The position numbers and the translations under genes are program-made. A DNA stretch of 64,000 nt from an uncultured Gammaproteobacteria bacterium. Lineage in GTDB: Bacteria; Patescibacteriota; Patescibacteriia; Patescibacteriales; UBA12465. The stretch covers positions 481 through 64,480 of the forward strand of contig CAZDYJ010000002.1 in NCBI GenBank assembly GCA_964509735.1, given 5' to 3'. This document shows, piece after piece, positions 55,475 to 64,000 of the stretch (the first letter of the stretch is position 1; each line of letters begins with the position of its first letter). Below the pieces are notes generated by a model. That model was not told the DNA's origin and did not search any database. It saw only the letters and a program-made list of their open reading frames with translations.

Positions 55475-56608
55475 TTAATCATTTTTTGGTCTATCAATTT
55501 CTAAAACTTCAATCTCACTTTTACCGTCGGTAATTTTAGTTATATCTTTATCAATTTTTTTAAACTCTTTATAAGCACTATTATAATGATTAACTGTTGT
55601 TGACATTGACATGCCTAACTTTTTCATAAACTCATCATAACTAGCGATATGTTTGCCAAGCTTTTCAATATTTTGTCTTATTTCCTTGGCTTTTTCTTCA
55701 ATTTGCATGGCCTTTAAGCCTTGGAGAACTGTTTGTAAATATGCTAAAAATGAGGTTGGAGAAACAATAATAACTTTTTTATCTCTAAAAGCATACTCGA
55801 TTAAATCTCGAGTATTAACTTTTACAGCTCCCACTTTATTAATTAATAAATCATAATAAATAGCTTCGGAAGGAATAAACATAAAAGCAAATTCCATGGT
55901 TCCTCTATCTGGCAAAACATATTTAGCTGTTTCATCAATACGATTTTTTAAATCTTTTTTAAATTCTTGTTCAAATTTTTCTCTACTTTCCTGGTCGCTA
56001 GCGTTTAAAATTCTTTCATAATTTTCTAAAGAAAATTTAGCATCAACCGGAATAACTTTATCCTTTACAAAAACAACTGCGTCAACAATTAAATCTTTAC
56101 CAGTTTTTTCATCCTTGCCTAACTTATATTGCATTTCATAAGATTTCGGCGGTAAAACATTTTTTAAAGTTTCTTCCAAAAAATATTCTCCCAAAACACC
56201 ACGCTGTTTAGGGTTTTTCAAAATATCTTGTAGGTTTTGTAACTGGGAAGAAAAATTAACAACCTGTCGATTTGTCTCATCAAGCTTGGCAAGTTTTTCG
56301 GTCACATCAGAAATTAATTTAGCTGATTGACCGCTAATACTTTGGACCGTTTTAATAGTTTGACCAAATTGTTCTTGGTTGGAGCGGTGAGTTTCTGATA
56401 ATTTTCTATCTAATTCTTGTCGTAATTCATTATTCTGTGCAACTAATTGGTTTAATTTTTCTGATTGCTGAATTAAGCGCTCAGACATAGAATCAAATTT
56501 ATCACCAGAACCAGAATTAGACTGTTTTTGGCGCAATAAAATAAAAATTACAGCCGCGAGACCAATTAAAAGAAGAATGGCTAAAATTATTACTAAAAGA
56601 TTATCCAT
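55475..56608 (-). CDS. rmuC: DNA recombination protein RmuC
   Basis: N-terminal TM, long coiled coil, and the conserved RmuC core (VIPVDAKFSLENYER...FMFIPSEAIY). Confidence 0.75.
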   Translation of the reverse strand: MDNLLVIILAILLLIGLAAVIFILLRQKQSNSGSGDKFDSMSERLIQQSEKLNQLVAQNNELRQELDRKLSETHRSNQEQFGQTIKTVQSISGQSAKLISDVTEKLAKLDETNRQVVNFSSQLQNLQDILKNPKQRGVLGEYFLEETLKNVLPPKSYEMQYKLGKDEKTGKDLIVDAVVFVKDKVIPVDAKFSLENYERILNASDQESREKFEQEFKKDLKNRIDETAKYVLPDRGTMEFAFMFIPSEAIYYDLLINKVGAVKVNTRDLIEYAFRDKKVIIVSPTSFLAYLQTVLQGLKAMQIEEKAKEIRQNIEKLGKHIASYDEFMKKLGMSMSTTVNHYNSAYKEFKKIDKDITKITDGKSEIEVLEIDRPKND

Positions 56609-56612
56609 GTTA

Positions 56613-57056
56613 TTAGTTTTTATTCTTTAATAAATCTCGAATTTCCACTAAAAGCTCCTGGTCTTTAGTTAAAGGTTTTGGTTTTTCCTCGGCCTCTTTT
56701 TTTTCTTCTTCAATAATTAATTTATTCTTTAGTCTGGTCATCATTTTAATAGCCAAGAATATAGAAATAGCAATAACTAAGAAATCAAAAATGTTTTGCA
56801 GAAAAATACCGATATTCATCGTCACAGCTGCCTTTATAATTTCCCCTGCTTCATTAATTTTCTCTGGACGTAAAATCCATTTCCAAATAGTAAAATCGAC
56901 GCCACTGGAAATTGCTCCAATAAGCGGCATAACAATATCTGCTACTAAAGATGAAACTATTTTTCCAAAAGCACCGCCAATTATAACGGCCACTGCTAAA
57001 TCAATAACATTTCCTTTAACAGCAAAGTTACGAAATTCTTGCCAATATTTTTTCAT
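56613..57056 (-). CDS. mscL: Large-conductance mechanosensitive channel
   Basis: FRNFAVKGNVIDLAVAVIIGGAFGKIV signature; two TM helices; about 147 aa. Confidence 0.85.
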   Translation of the reverse strand: MKKYWQEFRNFAVKGNVIDLAVAVIIGGAFGKIVSSLVADIVMPLIGAISSGVDFTIWKWILRPEKINEAGEIIKAAVTMNIGIFLQNIFDFLVIAISIFLAIKMMTRLKNKLIIEEEKKEAEEKPKPLTKDQELLVEIRDLLKNKN

Positions 57057-57068
57057 ATAATTCGTAAA

Positions 57069-57092
57069 TAAAACCGACTTAAGTCGGTTTTA
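57069..57092 (-). terminator. Rho-independent terminator downstream of gyrA
   Basis: aaaaccgactt/aagtcggtttt palindrome followed by a T-run on the minus strand. Confidence 0.5.
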
Positions 57093-57096
57093 AAAA

Positions 57097-59646
57097 TTAA
57101 ACCCAAGTTACGCCGGCGACTCTATCGTCATCTGCCTTAAAGCGCATAATTCTTACGCCTTGAGTATCACGGCCTAAAACACTAACTGATTTAAAAGGAG
57201 TTCTAATGACTTGCCCCTTCTCTGAAATAATAATTATATCCCTGTCTTCCATTGATTCAGCATTAACTAAAAATGCATCGGTTATTTCTCCTGTTTTGTC
57301 AGTTACTTTAGCAGTTTTAATTCCGCTTCCACCGCGACCCTGAACTTTATAAGAATTAAAATCAGTTCTCTTGCCAAAACCTCTGGCCATAATAGTAAGT
57401 ATTTGATAATTTCTTTTTCTCTCTTTATCAGTTTTAGCAACACCCATACCAATTACTTCGTCTTTGCCGTGTAAACGAATACCAATAACACCAGCCGCTC
57501 CTCTGCCCATGTCACGAACATCTTCTTCTTTAAAGCGAATGGCTTGGCCCTTGGAACTTACAAGTTGAATATGATCACTGCCAGAAGTCGGCTTTACCCA
57601 AGCTAGCTTATCATTTTCTTTTATTTTAATCGCGATTAACCCGTTTCTTCTTACATTTTTAAAAGCTTCAAGTTCAACTTTTTTCACTAGTCCCTTAGCT
57701 GTTGCAAAAAATAAGTATTTACTAAAAATAGCTTTTTCAAGAGGTAAGACAGAGGAAATCTGTTCACCGCTAAGTAGTTGTAAAAAGTTAACTACCGGAG
57801 TGCCTTTAGCGATTCTGGAGCTTTGGGGAATTTCATAAACTTTTAACTGAAAAGCACGTCCTTTAGTAGTAAAGAATAAAACATCATTATGAGTCTGAGA
57901 GCTAAACATAAACTCAACCATATCCTCTTCTTTGGTGGTTAAGCCAACTACACCTTTGCCACCTCTGGCCTGAACTTTAAAAGTATCTGGCTCAAGACGT
58001 TTTATATAACCATCTCTTGTCATCATAACAACAGTTTCTTCGTTTGGCACCAAGTCTTCAAAGTTAAAATCTTTAATACCATGAGGAACAACATCGGTTC
58101 GGCGCTCATCGCCATATTTATCAACTAAAACTTGTAGCTCATCTTTAACAATTGATCTAATTTTAGTAACTGATTTCAAAATAGCTTCAAGTTCTTTTAT
58201 AAGTTGTAATTTTTCTTTTAATTCGTCATCTATTTTTTTCTGCTCTAAGTTAGCTAAGCTTTGTAAACGCATTTCCAAAATAGCGACTGCTTGTTTTTCG
58301 GAAAGTTTAAACTTTTTAATTAAATTAACTTTAGCTATTTCTTTGTCTTTTGAAGCTTTAATGGTTTTTATAACTTCATCAATATTCTTTAAAGCAATCA
58401 TTAAGCCTTCTAAAATATGAGCTCTATCTTTAGCTTTGTTTAAATCAAATTGAGTGCGACGTTTAATAACTTCTTCTCGGTGTTTAATGTACTCCTCTAA
58501 AATCATTTTCAAAGTTAAAACGCGAGGTTGAATTCCATCAACCAGTGCTAACATATTAAAATGAAAAGTAGTTTGGAGATTTGTATTTTTATACAAACTA
58601 TTTAAAATCTTTTTTGGATAAGAATCTTTTTTAAGTTCAATAACTACACGAACACCGTCTTTATCAGACTCGTCACGCAAGGCTTTTATGCCTTCAATCT
58701 TCTTTTCTTTTACTAAGTCGGCGATTTTTTCCACTAAATCAGCTTTATTAACTTGGTATGGAATTTCTCTAATTATAATTCTAAAGCTGCCATTTTTTTC
58801 TTCTTCTATATCAGCTTTACCACGTAAAACAACCCCGCCACGACCAGTTGCATAAGCAGTTAAAATATCTTTTTTATCATAAATTATGCCGCCAGTTGGA
58901 AAATCAGGACCTTTAACAAATTCTGCCAAATCTTCAACGCTGGCCTCAGGATTTTCGATTAAATGATTTATAGCAGAAGCTAATTCTCTTAGATTATGAG
59001 GCGGAATATTTGTTGCCATACCAACCGCTATACCCATCGTGCCGTTTAATAATAAATTAGGGAGTTTAGCTGGTAAAACGCGAGGTTCTTTGTGGCTGCC
59101 GTCAAAGTTAGGAATAAAATCAACCGTATTCTTTTCAATATCATAAAGCATCTCCTCAGAAATAGCTGCTAATTTTGCTTCGGTATAACGCATCGCCGCC
59201 GCATTATCTCCGTCCATAGAACCAAAGTTTCCCTGTCCGCGAACAAGCGGATAACGCATAGAGAAATCCTGGGCCATACGAACCATGGAGTTATAAACAG
59301 CACTATCGCCATGTGGATGATATTTACCTAAAACTTCACCGACAACAGTGGCGGATTTACGAAATTTTACATTAGCTCTTAAACCAATACTCCACATCGC
59401 GTATAAAATACGACGATGAACAGGTTTTAAACCATCTCGAACATCAGGTAAAGCACGAGAAACAATAACACTCATCGCATAGTCTAAATATGATTTAGAC
59501 ATTTCGTCGACTATTGGCTGTTCTTCAATTAAACCATATTCTGTTCGAACGCGAACATTTCCAGAAGCAGAAATTAACTCTTCTTTTTCTTTAATGGTTT
59601 CATCTTTCTCCTTGTTCTCCTCGACAGGATTTTCTTTTTTAGACAT
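57097..59646 (-). CDS. gyrA: DNA gyrase subunit A
   Basis: Signature block starting at [28 protein letters not shown]. Active-site Tyr in [11 protein letters not shown]. GyrA-box QARGGKGV in the C-terminal beta-pinwheel, which favours GyrA over ParC. Confidence 0.9.
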   Translation of the reverse strand: MSKKENPVEENKEKDETIKEKEELISASGNVRVRTEYGLIEEQPIVDEMSKSYLDYAMSVIVSRALPDVRDGLKPVHRRILYAMWSIGLRANVKFRKSATVVGEVLGKYHPHGDSAVYNSMVRMAQDFSMRYPLVRGQGNFGSMDGDNAAAMRYTEAKLAAISEEMLYDIEKNTVDFIPNFDGSHKEPRVLPAKLPNLLLNGTMGIAVGMATNIPPHNLRELASAINHLIENPEASVEDLAEFVKGPDFPTGGIIYDKKDILTAYATGRGGVVLRGKADIEEEKNGSFRIIIREIPYQVNKADLVEKIADLVKEKKIEGIKALRDESDKDGVRVVIELKKDSYPKKILNSLYKNTNLQTTFHFNMLALVDGIQPRVLTLKMILEEYIKHREEVIKRRTQFDLNKAKDRAHILEGLMIALKNIDEVIKTIKASKDKEIAKVNLIKKFKLSEKQAVAILEMRLQSLANLEQKKIDDELKEKLQLIKELEAILKSVTKIRSIVKDELQVLVDKYGDERRTDVVPHGIKDFNFEDLVPNEETVVMMTRDGYIKRLEPDTFKVQARGGKGVVGLTTKEEDMVEFMFSSQTHNDVLFFTTKGRAFQLKVYEIPQSSRIAKGTPVVNFLQLLSGEQISSVLPLEKAIFSKYLFFATAKGLVKKVELEAFKNVRRNGLIAIKIKENDKLAWVKPTSGSDHIQLVSSKGQAIRFKEEDVRDMGRGAAGVIGIRLHGKDEVIGMGVAKTDKERKRNYQILTIMARGFGKRTDFNSYKVQGRGGSGIKTAKVTDKTGEITDAFLVNAESMEDRDIIIISEKGQVIRTPFKSVSVLGRDTQGVRIMRFKADDDRVAGVTWV

Positions 59647-59683
59647 AAAACTTTTATTTTCTTTTCTTGACTCTGATTAAAAA

Positions 59684-60133
59684 TTAATAAACTGGAACAG
59701 TTATGCCCTCGCAGTTAGGAGGAATAACACAGGGCCTCGCTTCGCCTATCGTCGGCATACAATTTATATAAGGCGGACAATTGGAATTATTTTGAGCTGG
59801 TAAGACATTACTTTCTTCTTCAGGTAAAGAGCTTTCTTCTTTAGCTGGCTGATTTATATTTTCATTTTCAGGTAAAGCAGTTTCTTTATTTTTTTCTATC
59901 TCATTTTCAGCGATAGTTTCTATTTTTTTTGCCTCCGAATTAACTTTGTCAAAAAAATCGGAAAAATCCTGTTTAAGATTGTCTATTTCTTCTGTTTCTC
60001 GTAAAGACGCTTCTTCTTGAATTCTTTGCAACTCACTTTTCATGTTAAAAACCCAAACAAGCAATACAAGCAAAGCAACACTTAGAACTAAAACCCAGAG
60101 AAGGAAAAGTTTTTTACGATTTTCAGCTTCCAT
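59684..60133 (-). CDS. Hypothetical signal-anchored protein with a Cys/Pro-rich C-terminus
   Basis: TM LFLLWVLVLSVALLVLLVWVF; coiled coil; C-terminal CPPYINCMPTIGEARPCVIPPNCEG. Confidence 0.3.
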   Translation of the reverse strand: MEAENRKKLFLLWVLVLSVALLVLLVWVFNMKSELQRIQEEASLRETEEIDNLKQDFSDFFDKVNSEAKKIETIAENEIEKNKETALPENENINQPAKEESSLPEEESNVLPAQNNSNCPPYINCMPTIGEARPCVIPPNCEGITVPVY

Positions 60134-60143
60134 ATTTTTATGT

Positions 60144-60746
60144 TTATTCTTTTATTGAATCTAAATTAACGTCATATAGAATCTGCTCAGCAATTAGACG
60201 ATAAGAAATAAGTTCTTCAGGGCTAAACCAAATAGGAATTTCTCGCTCAGCATCTTCTACTGGGTCAGAACAATGGATAAGATTTCTAACCGCTCGGCCG
60301 TCGAGATTAGCTAATTCATAAGAGTCTAAAGTATAATCCCCGCGTATAGTGCCAGCTTCAGAACTTAAAGGTTCAGTTGAGCCAACAATTTTTTTAACAA
60401 TTCCAACCGCCTGATTACCTTCAAAAATCATAGGCACAATCGGCCCACAAGTCATAAAACTAACTAAAGCACGAATAATATCTTTTCCGTATTCTATAGC
60501 CTCTTTTTCTATTGGCATACCAAGATTTTCTCTTTCTTTTATGGTCTGTTCGCCTTTTTTGATAAACCAAGCATCATCTTTAGAATAATGACTCCAAAGC
60601 TGTTCTTCTGTGGCCATAGTAAACTTTAAAGCTACTAATTTTAAACCGGTTTTTTCTAAACGTTTAATACTTTCACCAATAAGTCCGCGTTGGACAGCGT
60701 CTGGCTTTAAAATAACAAGAGTTCTTTCTTTCTTCGGATTTAACAT
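60144..60746 (-). CDS. ndk: Nucleoside diphosphate kinase (long form with a ~40-aa insertion)
   Basis: ERTLVILKPDAVQRGLIGE; active-site His in NLIHCSDPVEDAEREIPIWF; about 200 aa versus a typical ~140. Confidence 0.8.
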   Translation of the reverse strand: MLNPKKERTLVILKPDAVQRGLIGESIKRLEKTGLKLVALKFTMATEEQLWSHYSKDDAWFIKKGEQTIKERENLGMPIEKEAIEYGKDIIRALVSFMTCGPIVPMIFEGNQAVGIVKKIVGSTEPLSSEAGTIRGDYTLDSYELANLDGRAVRNLIHCSDPVEDAEREIPIWFSPEELISYRLIAEQILYDVNLDSIKE

Positions 60747-60767
60747 AAATTTTATAATCTTATAATA

Positions 60768-61412
60768 TTAATAACTTAAAATAACTAACTCCATATCTTC
60801 TTGAGGTAAATCTTTTTTAGAGATTTTTAATTTTTCCTCATAAGTAGGCTTTATACCAATTTCTTTTATAAATTTTTCTAGAGGCTCTAAATCAAATTTT
60901 AAACCCTCCACTTGATAGTGCATAGGGATAACTATTCTCGGTTCAATTTGAGAAATGACTTCAACCGCTTTTTTAGCATCAAGGGTATATTTTCCGCCCA
61001 CTGGAACAATTAAAATATCAGTGCCGGATAATTTTTCTAACTGATCGTTATCGAGAGAGTGAGCTAAATCACCTAAATGACTAATAGAGATATCATCTAT
61101 TTCAATTCTATAAATAGTATTATGCCCTCTATCAGCTCCTTTATTCTCATCATGAAAAGAATCAATTCCTTGAATTAAAACATCTTTACAATCATATTCT
61201 CCAGGAGAGTTTATAATAAAAGGAGTGCCTCTTAAAGCGCCAGTATTATTATGGTCGTGATGGTTATGAGAAACGGTAATTATATCAGCTTCAAAATTAG
61301 GAACTTTTAAACCAGTTTCTTTATCAAAAGGATCAGTTACTAAAGTAATTCCGTCCGTTCCCTGCTTGTCCTGAATTTTAAAACAGGAATGTCCTTGCCA
61401 AGTAATAATCAT
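60768..61412 (-). CDS. Metallo-beta-lactamase-fold metal-dependent hydrolase
   Basis: HxHxDH motif SHNHHDH, plus downstream His/Asp ligands (HLGD..., MHY). Confidence 0.65.
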   Translation of the reverse strand: MIITWQGHSCFKIQDKQGTDGITLVTDPFDKETGLKVPNFEADIITVSHNHHDHNNTGALRGTPFIINSPGEYDCKDVLIQGIDSFHDENKGADRGHNTIYRIEIDDISISHLGDLAHSLDNDQLEKLSGTDILIVPVGGKYTLDAKKAVEVISQIEPRIVIPMHYQVEGLKFDLEPLEKFIKEIGIKPTYEEKLKISKKDLPQEDMELVILSY

Positions 61413-61625
61413 AAAATTTTACAAAAAAACAATAAAAATAGGCCTTAAAACCTATCCTAATTATAGCAAAGCCAAGTTCAAAGGTCAACCAGAAAAATAT
61501 AAGCAAAATAAGATAAATACTTCTTGAAAAAGAAAAAAGAGCGAATAAAAAAAGTTCACTCTTTTAATGATTAAAAGAAAAAAGAGCGGCCCTAAAGCAC
61601 GCTCTTGTAAAAAATTGTCAGTTAT

Positions 61626-62591
61626 TTACCTGCCGAATAAAATTAAATTATCCGGCTCAATGGAAACCGTATTTTCACCATTTTTTTTGTCGGCAAAAAT
61701 CGGCTTCCTTTTTTGGTCATTAATCATAAGCAGTAGCACGGCTTGGACTGGCATGTTTTTCTCGTTCAAATATTGAACAGGAATAACATTCCAACCCACT
61801 CGTAAATCAAGTTTCATCATTCCATTTGCCGGAATAACTTTGCCTTGATTTTCATAAGCGACGATTAAAAAGTCGATAGGAAGATAATTTCTAACAACTT
61901 TCTGAATCTGCACTCCTGAAGAAACTTCCCTTAAGTCATTATCAGTGATCCGTAAGGTGTCTTGACCTTCAACCACAATCTTACTTATAACCGACCACTT
62001 ATGAAGGCGACCGGTTGATAAGGAGTCTGGTTCTGGATCGTAATATACTGGAAATGTGTATACTCCAGTCCCTAATGTAATAGACTTGGCGGAAGCTTGT
62101 TCCGCCTCAAGTGCCATACCTTTAAAAGGATAGGCTAAAGCTAAAACCCTTACAGATGACTCGTTTTTTGCAACGAGTGTTGTTTCGCTCCAAAAGTCCT
62201 GATCACCCTTTGACTGATTTGAATAATCGGTTTGAGCGGGAGAAAAACTCTCCTTAACTTTCTCGGGCTCTTTCTCGGCCTTTTGAAGTTTGGCGGGTGT
62301 GTTGTCTTCAAGCTCAAAATTTCTAAGAGCCATGCGACCTTTTGAAGTTTGGCGTTTTGCTATTCCCAAGGGAACATGCTTAAAGCCATCATAGCGACCG
62401 AGTTTAAACTCAGCCAAGCCATCAGCTGGCAAAAAATGAACATAAGCCGAACTTTTTGGGTTTATCACGACTTCCTCATGTCCATTTAAGGACATAATAG
62501 TTGCCTTGCTGTCGGTTGAGTTTAAAACTCTAACTTGAGCAAAGGAAACCACGGTAAGTGTTGTTAAAAAAATTAATAGCAGGTTTTTCAT
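61626..62591 (-). CDS. Secreted hypothetical protein
   Basis: Signal peptide MKNLLLIFLTTLTVVSFAQ; no recognisable domain; start overlaps the stop of the upstream acidic-repeat gene (co-transcription likely). Confidence 0.35.
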   Translation of the reverse strand: MKNLLLIFLTTLTVVSFAQVRVLNSTDSKATIMSLNGHEEVVINPKSSAYVHFLPADGLAEFKLGRYDGFKHVPLGIAKRQTSKGRMALRNFELEDNTPAKLQKAEKEPEKVKESFSPAQTDYSNQSKGDQDFWSETTLVAKNESSVRVLALAYPFKGMALEAEQASAKSITLGTGVYTFPVYYDPEPDSLSTGRLHKWSVISKIVVEGQDTLRITDNDLREVSSGVQIQKVVRNYLPIDFLIVAYENQGKVIPANGMMKLDLRVGWNVIPVQYLNEKNMPVQAVLLLMINDQKRKPIFADKKNGENTVSIEPDNLILFGR

Positions 62592-63094
62592 TTCTGTTTC
62601 CTCCTATTTTTTTTAACATCGACACCAACAGCCTTTTGGTCGGCGTAATACTTTTTCTCATAGCCTTTTTGGTTTTTTGGCCTTTTAGTTGCAGCTTTTG
62701 CCTGACTATAGTTCGATTCTTTCATGGCTTTTTTAGCTTTAAGTTTATAATAAAGCCTGGTCCTTTGAAACCAATTGAAGTTCGAGTCGTTTCGATTAGG
62801 TTGATTATTTTTCCAGTTCCTTTGAGCCTTCTTCGTTAAAGAAGTTGGCTGCCAAGGTGAATGAAAACGGTCGTTTCCGACTCTGTCTTTTCGGCCATCT
62901 TTATCGACTTCGGCTTCAAAATTGAAGTCGCCTTCGAGGTCAAAATCAACTTCAAAATCTTCTTCAAAATCGAAGTCGTCTTCGAAGTCAAATTCGCTTG
63001 TAAGCTCAGCTTCAACCTCAGTCTCAACCGCCAAGGCGGGAAACTTTAGGCTAAAAATAGCTAAAAATAGCAAAAAAATTAGCAAATTTTTCAT
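62588..63094 (-). CDS. Secreted protein with acidic (D/E)F(D/E) repeats and a basic C-terminal tail
   Basis: Signal peptide MKNLLIFLLFLAIFSLKFPALA. FDFEDDFDFEEDFEVDFDLEGDFNFEAE encoded by tandem ~12-nt DNA repeats at about 62880-63010. Lys/Arg-rich C-terminus. Confidence 0.35.
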   Translation of the reverse strand: MKNLLIFLLFLAIFSLKFPALAVETEVEAELTSEFDFEDDFDFEEDFEVDFDLEGDFNFEAEVDKDGRKDRVGNDRFHSPWQPTSLTKKAQRNWKNNQPNRNDSNFNWFQRTRLYYKLKAKKAMKESNYSQAKAATKRPKNQKGYEKKYYADQKAVGVDVKKNRRKQK

Positions 63095-63256
63095 GATATA
63101 GGGCCTCCTTCGCCCTTTCTTTTTATTATTTATTTATTAATGTTCTGGTTATTATGATAACTGACTCTGTATTATATCATAGAATGATAAAAAAGTCAAC
63201 CTTTTTAAAGAAAAAATACCTAGACCTAAGCTTTTCAAATTTTCTACCAAAATAGT

Positions 63257-64000
63257 TTAAAAATAGAAAAATATATCACCGCTAATATCAGTTCTTAGAG
63301 TTTCTATGTTCATATATTCTAAGAGCTCGAGAGTCTCCTGGCTGGGATGATTAAAGCGATTATTTTCACCTACTAAAATAACACAAGTTTTAGGTGAAAC
63401 CATTTTTAAAAAATCTTCTGAATTAGAAGTTTTAGAACCGTGATGCGAAGCTTTAAAAACATCAGCTCGTAAATTAAAATTAGTCTTAAGTAAAGCGTTC
63501 TCCACTTCAAGCTCATTATCTCCAGAAAATAAAAATGTTTGCCCCTTGCAGCTAAGCTTTTGAATTAAAGAATTGTTTCCGCAATCAGAAACACCTAAAG
63601 AATTTGGATCAAGGATGAATAAAGAACAATCTTTTTCAAAATTTAAATTAGTTTCCCCAGAAAAAGGATAAATATTTTTTGCCCCTACAGAAAATTTTGA
63701 TTTAGCAAAATAATTAGCCGCTGTTTCTAAAAACAAAGAAATAGTTATTCTCTTAGGACTATCTTTAGAATAAAAAATATTGGCAACGGAGTAACGTTTT
63801 ACAAGCTCAACTAAACCAACCGAGTGATCATCATGATAATGACTTAAAAAAATAAAATCTAGTTGCCGAGAAAAATAAGGAAGCTCTTTTCCGAGTTTTT
63901 GTAAAACATAATTATCTGGACCACCATCAATTAAAATATTTTCTCCGCTAGGCAGACGAATTAAAATCGCATCACCTTGGCCAACATCAAAAAATATGAC
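63257..64000 (-). CDS. ComEC/Rec2-like metallo-beta-lactamase domain protein (gene continues beyond the right edge)
   Basis: The track ORF starts at a TTG, but the frame stays open upstream to position 64000. Translation: ...FDVGQGDAILIRLPSGENILIDGGP...LSHYHDDHSVGLVELV...ASHHGSKTS...HPSQETLELL, the ComEC C-terminal MBL signature. Confidence 0.55.
   Translation of the reverse strand, partial: VIFFDVGQGDAILIRLPSGENILIDGGPDNYVLQKLGKELPYFSRQLDFIFLSHYHDDHSVGLVELVKRYSVANIFYSKDSPKRITISLFLETAANYFAKSKFSVGAKNIYPFSGETNLNFEKDCSLFILDPNSLGVSDCGNNSLIQKLSCKGQTFLFSGDNELEVENALLKTNFNLRADVFKASHHGSKTSNSEDFLKMVSPKTCVILVGENNRFNHPSQETLELLEYMNIETLRTDISGDIFFYF

Noticed and set aside
57097-59646. Alternative identity of gyrA as topoisomerase IV ParC
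   Set aside because: A GyrA-box-like heptapeptide QARGGKG is present in the C-terminal domain, which is diagnostic of GyrA. No gyrB or parE is adjacent either way.
40830-63049. Other short alternative-frame ORFs (40830-41327, 43202-43528, 44822-45043, 51667-51909, 52321-52569, 55214-55471, 55653-55856, 56791-57060, 61567-61776, 62558-62839, 62836-63027, 62861-63049)
   Set aside because: Each overlaps a longer ORF that has clear family signatures (hisS, sensor kinase, M16 peptidase, radC, rmuC, mscL and others) or reflects a repeat-encoded frame. No supporting motifs.

Overview
This 64-kb window is low-GC and gene-dense, with almost every gene on the minus strand. Its overall character suggests a small-genome Candidate Phyla Radiation / Patescibacteria-type bacterium; this is an inference from protein features such as Lys-rich N-terminal extensions and many giant Cys-rich secreted proteins. 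Most genes are housekeeping. In order they are: ftsX (partial) and ftsE; an RlpA/D,D-carboxypeptidase fusion; tRNA-Thr(CGU); an FtsB/DivIC-like protein; a membrane GT2 glycosyltransferase; a DnaQ-like exonuclease; a TraD/HerA-like P-loop ATPase with a zinc-ribbon tail; an nrdR-nrdD-nrdG class III ribonucleotide reductase operon; a DUF4143-type AAA ATPase; ftsA-ftsZ; a prepilin peptidase; an O-antigen-ligase/TPR protein; secD-secF; clpP; a short RSH; bS21; hisS; lepB; queA; an orphan sensor kinase; a radical-SAM-like protein plus a GNAT-like protein; ruvB; a UvrD-helicase/Cas4-like nuclease fusion; an M16 peptidase; radC; a second O-antigen-ligase-like protein; rmuC; mscL; gyrA; ndk; an MBL-fold hydrolase; secreted acidic-repeat proteins; and a ComEC-like MBL domain at the right edge. 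The most unusual region is a roughly 14-kb co-oriented array at 23689-37938 encoding three giant Cys-rich secreted proteins of 900, 1955 and 1057 aa. Two of them share a ~65%-identical N-terminal module consisting of a signal peptide followed by two transmembrane helices, reminiscent of TrbC/VirB2-type pilins. The array also encodes two paralogous membrane-anchored proteins with thrombospondin-type-3-like Asp-rich calcium-binding repeats and two small membrane proteins. This looks like a dedicated cell-surface or attachment apparatus. A second notable feature is that nrdD appears split: the large ORF ends just after the zinc ribbon, and the glycyl-radical motif (YSRVVGWLTPVKNYNPGK) sits in a separate 45-aa ORF 123 nt downstream, just before nrdG. 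No CRISPR arrays, rRNA genes or obvious transposases were seen.
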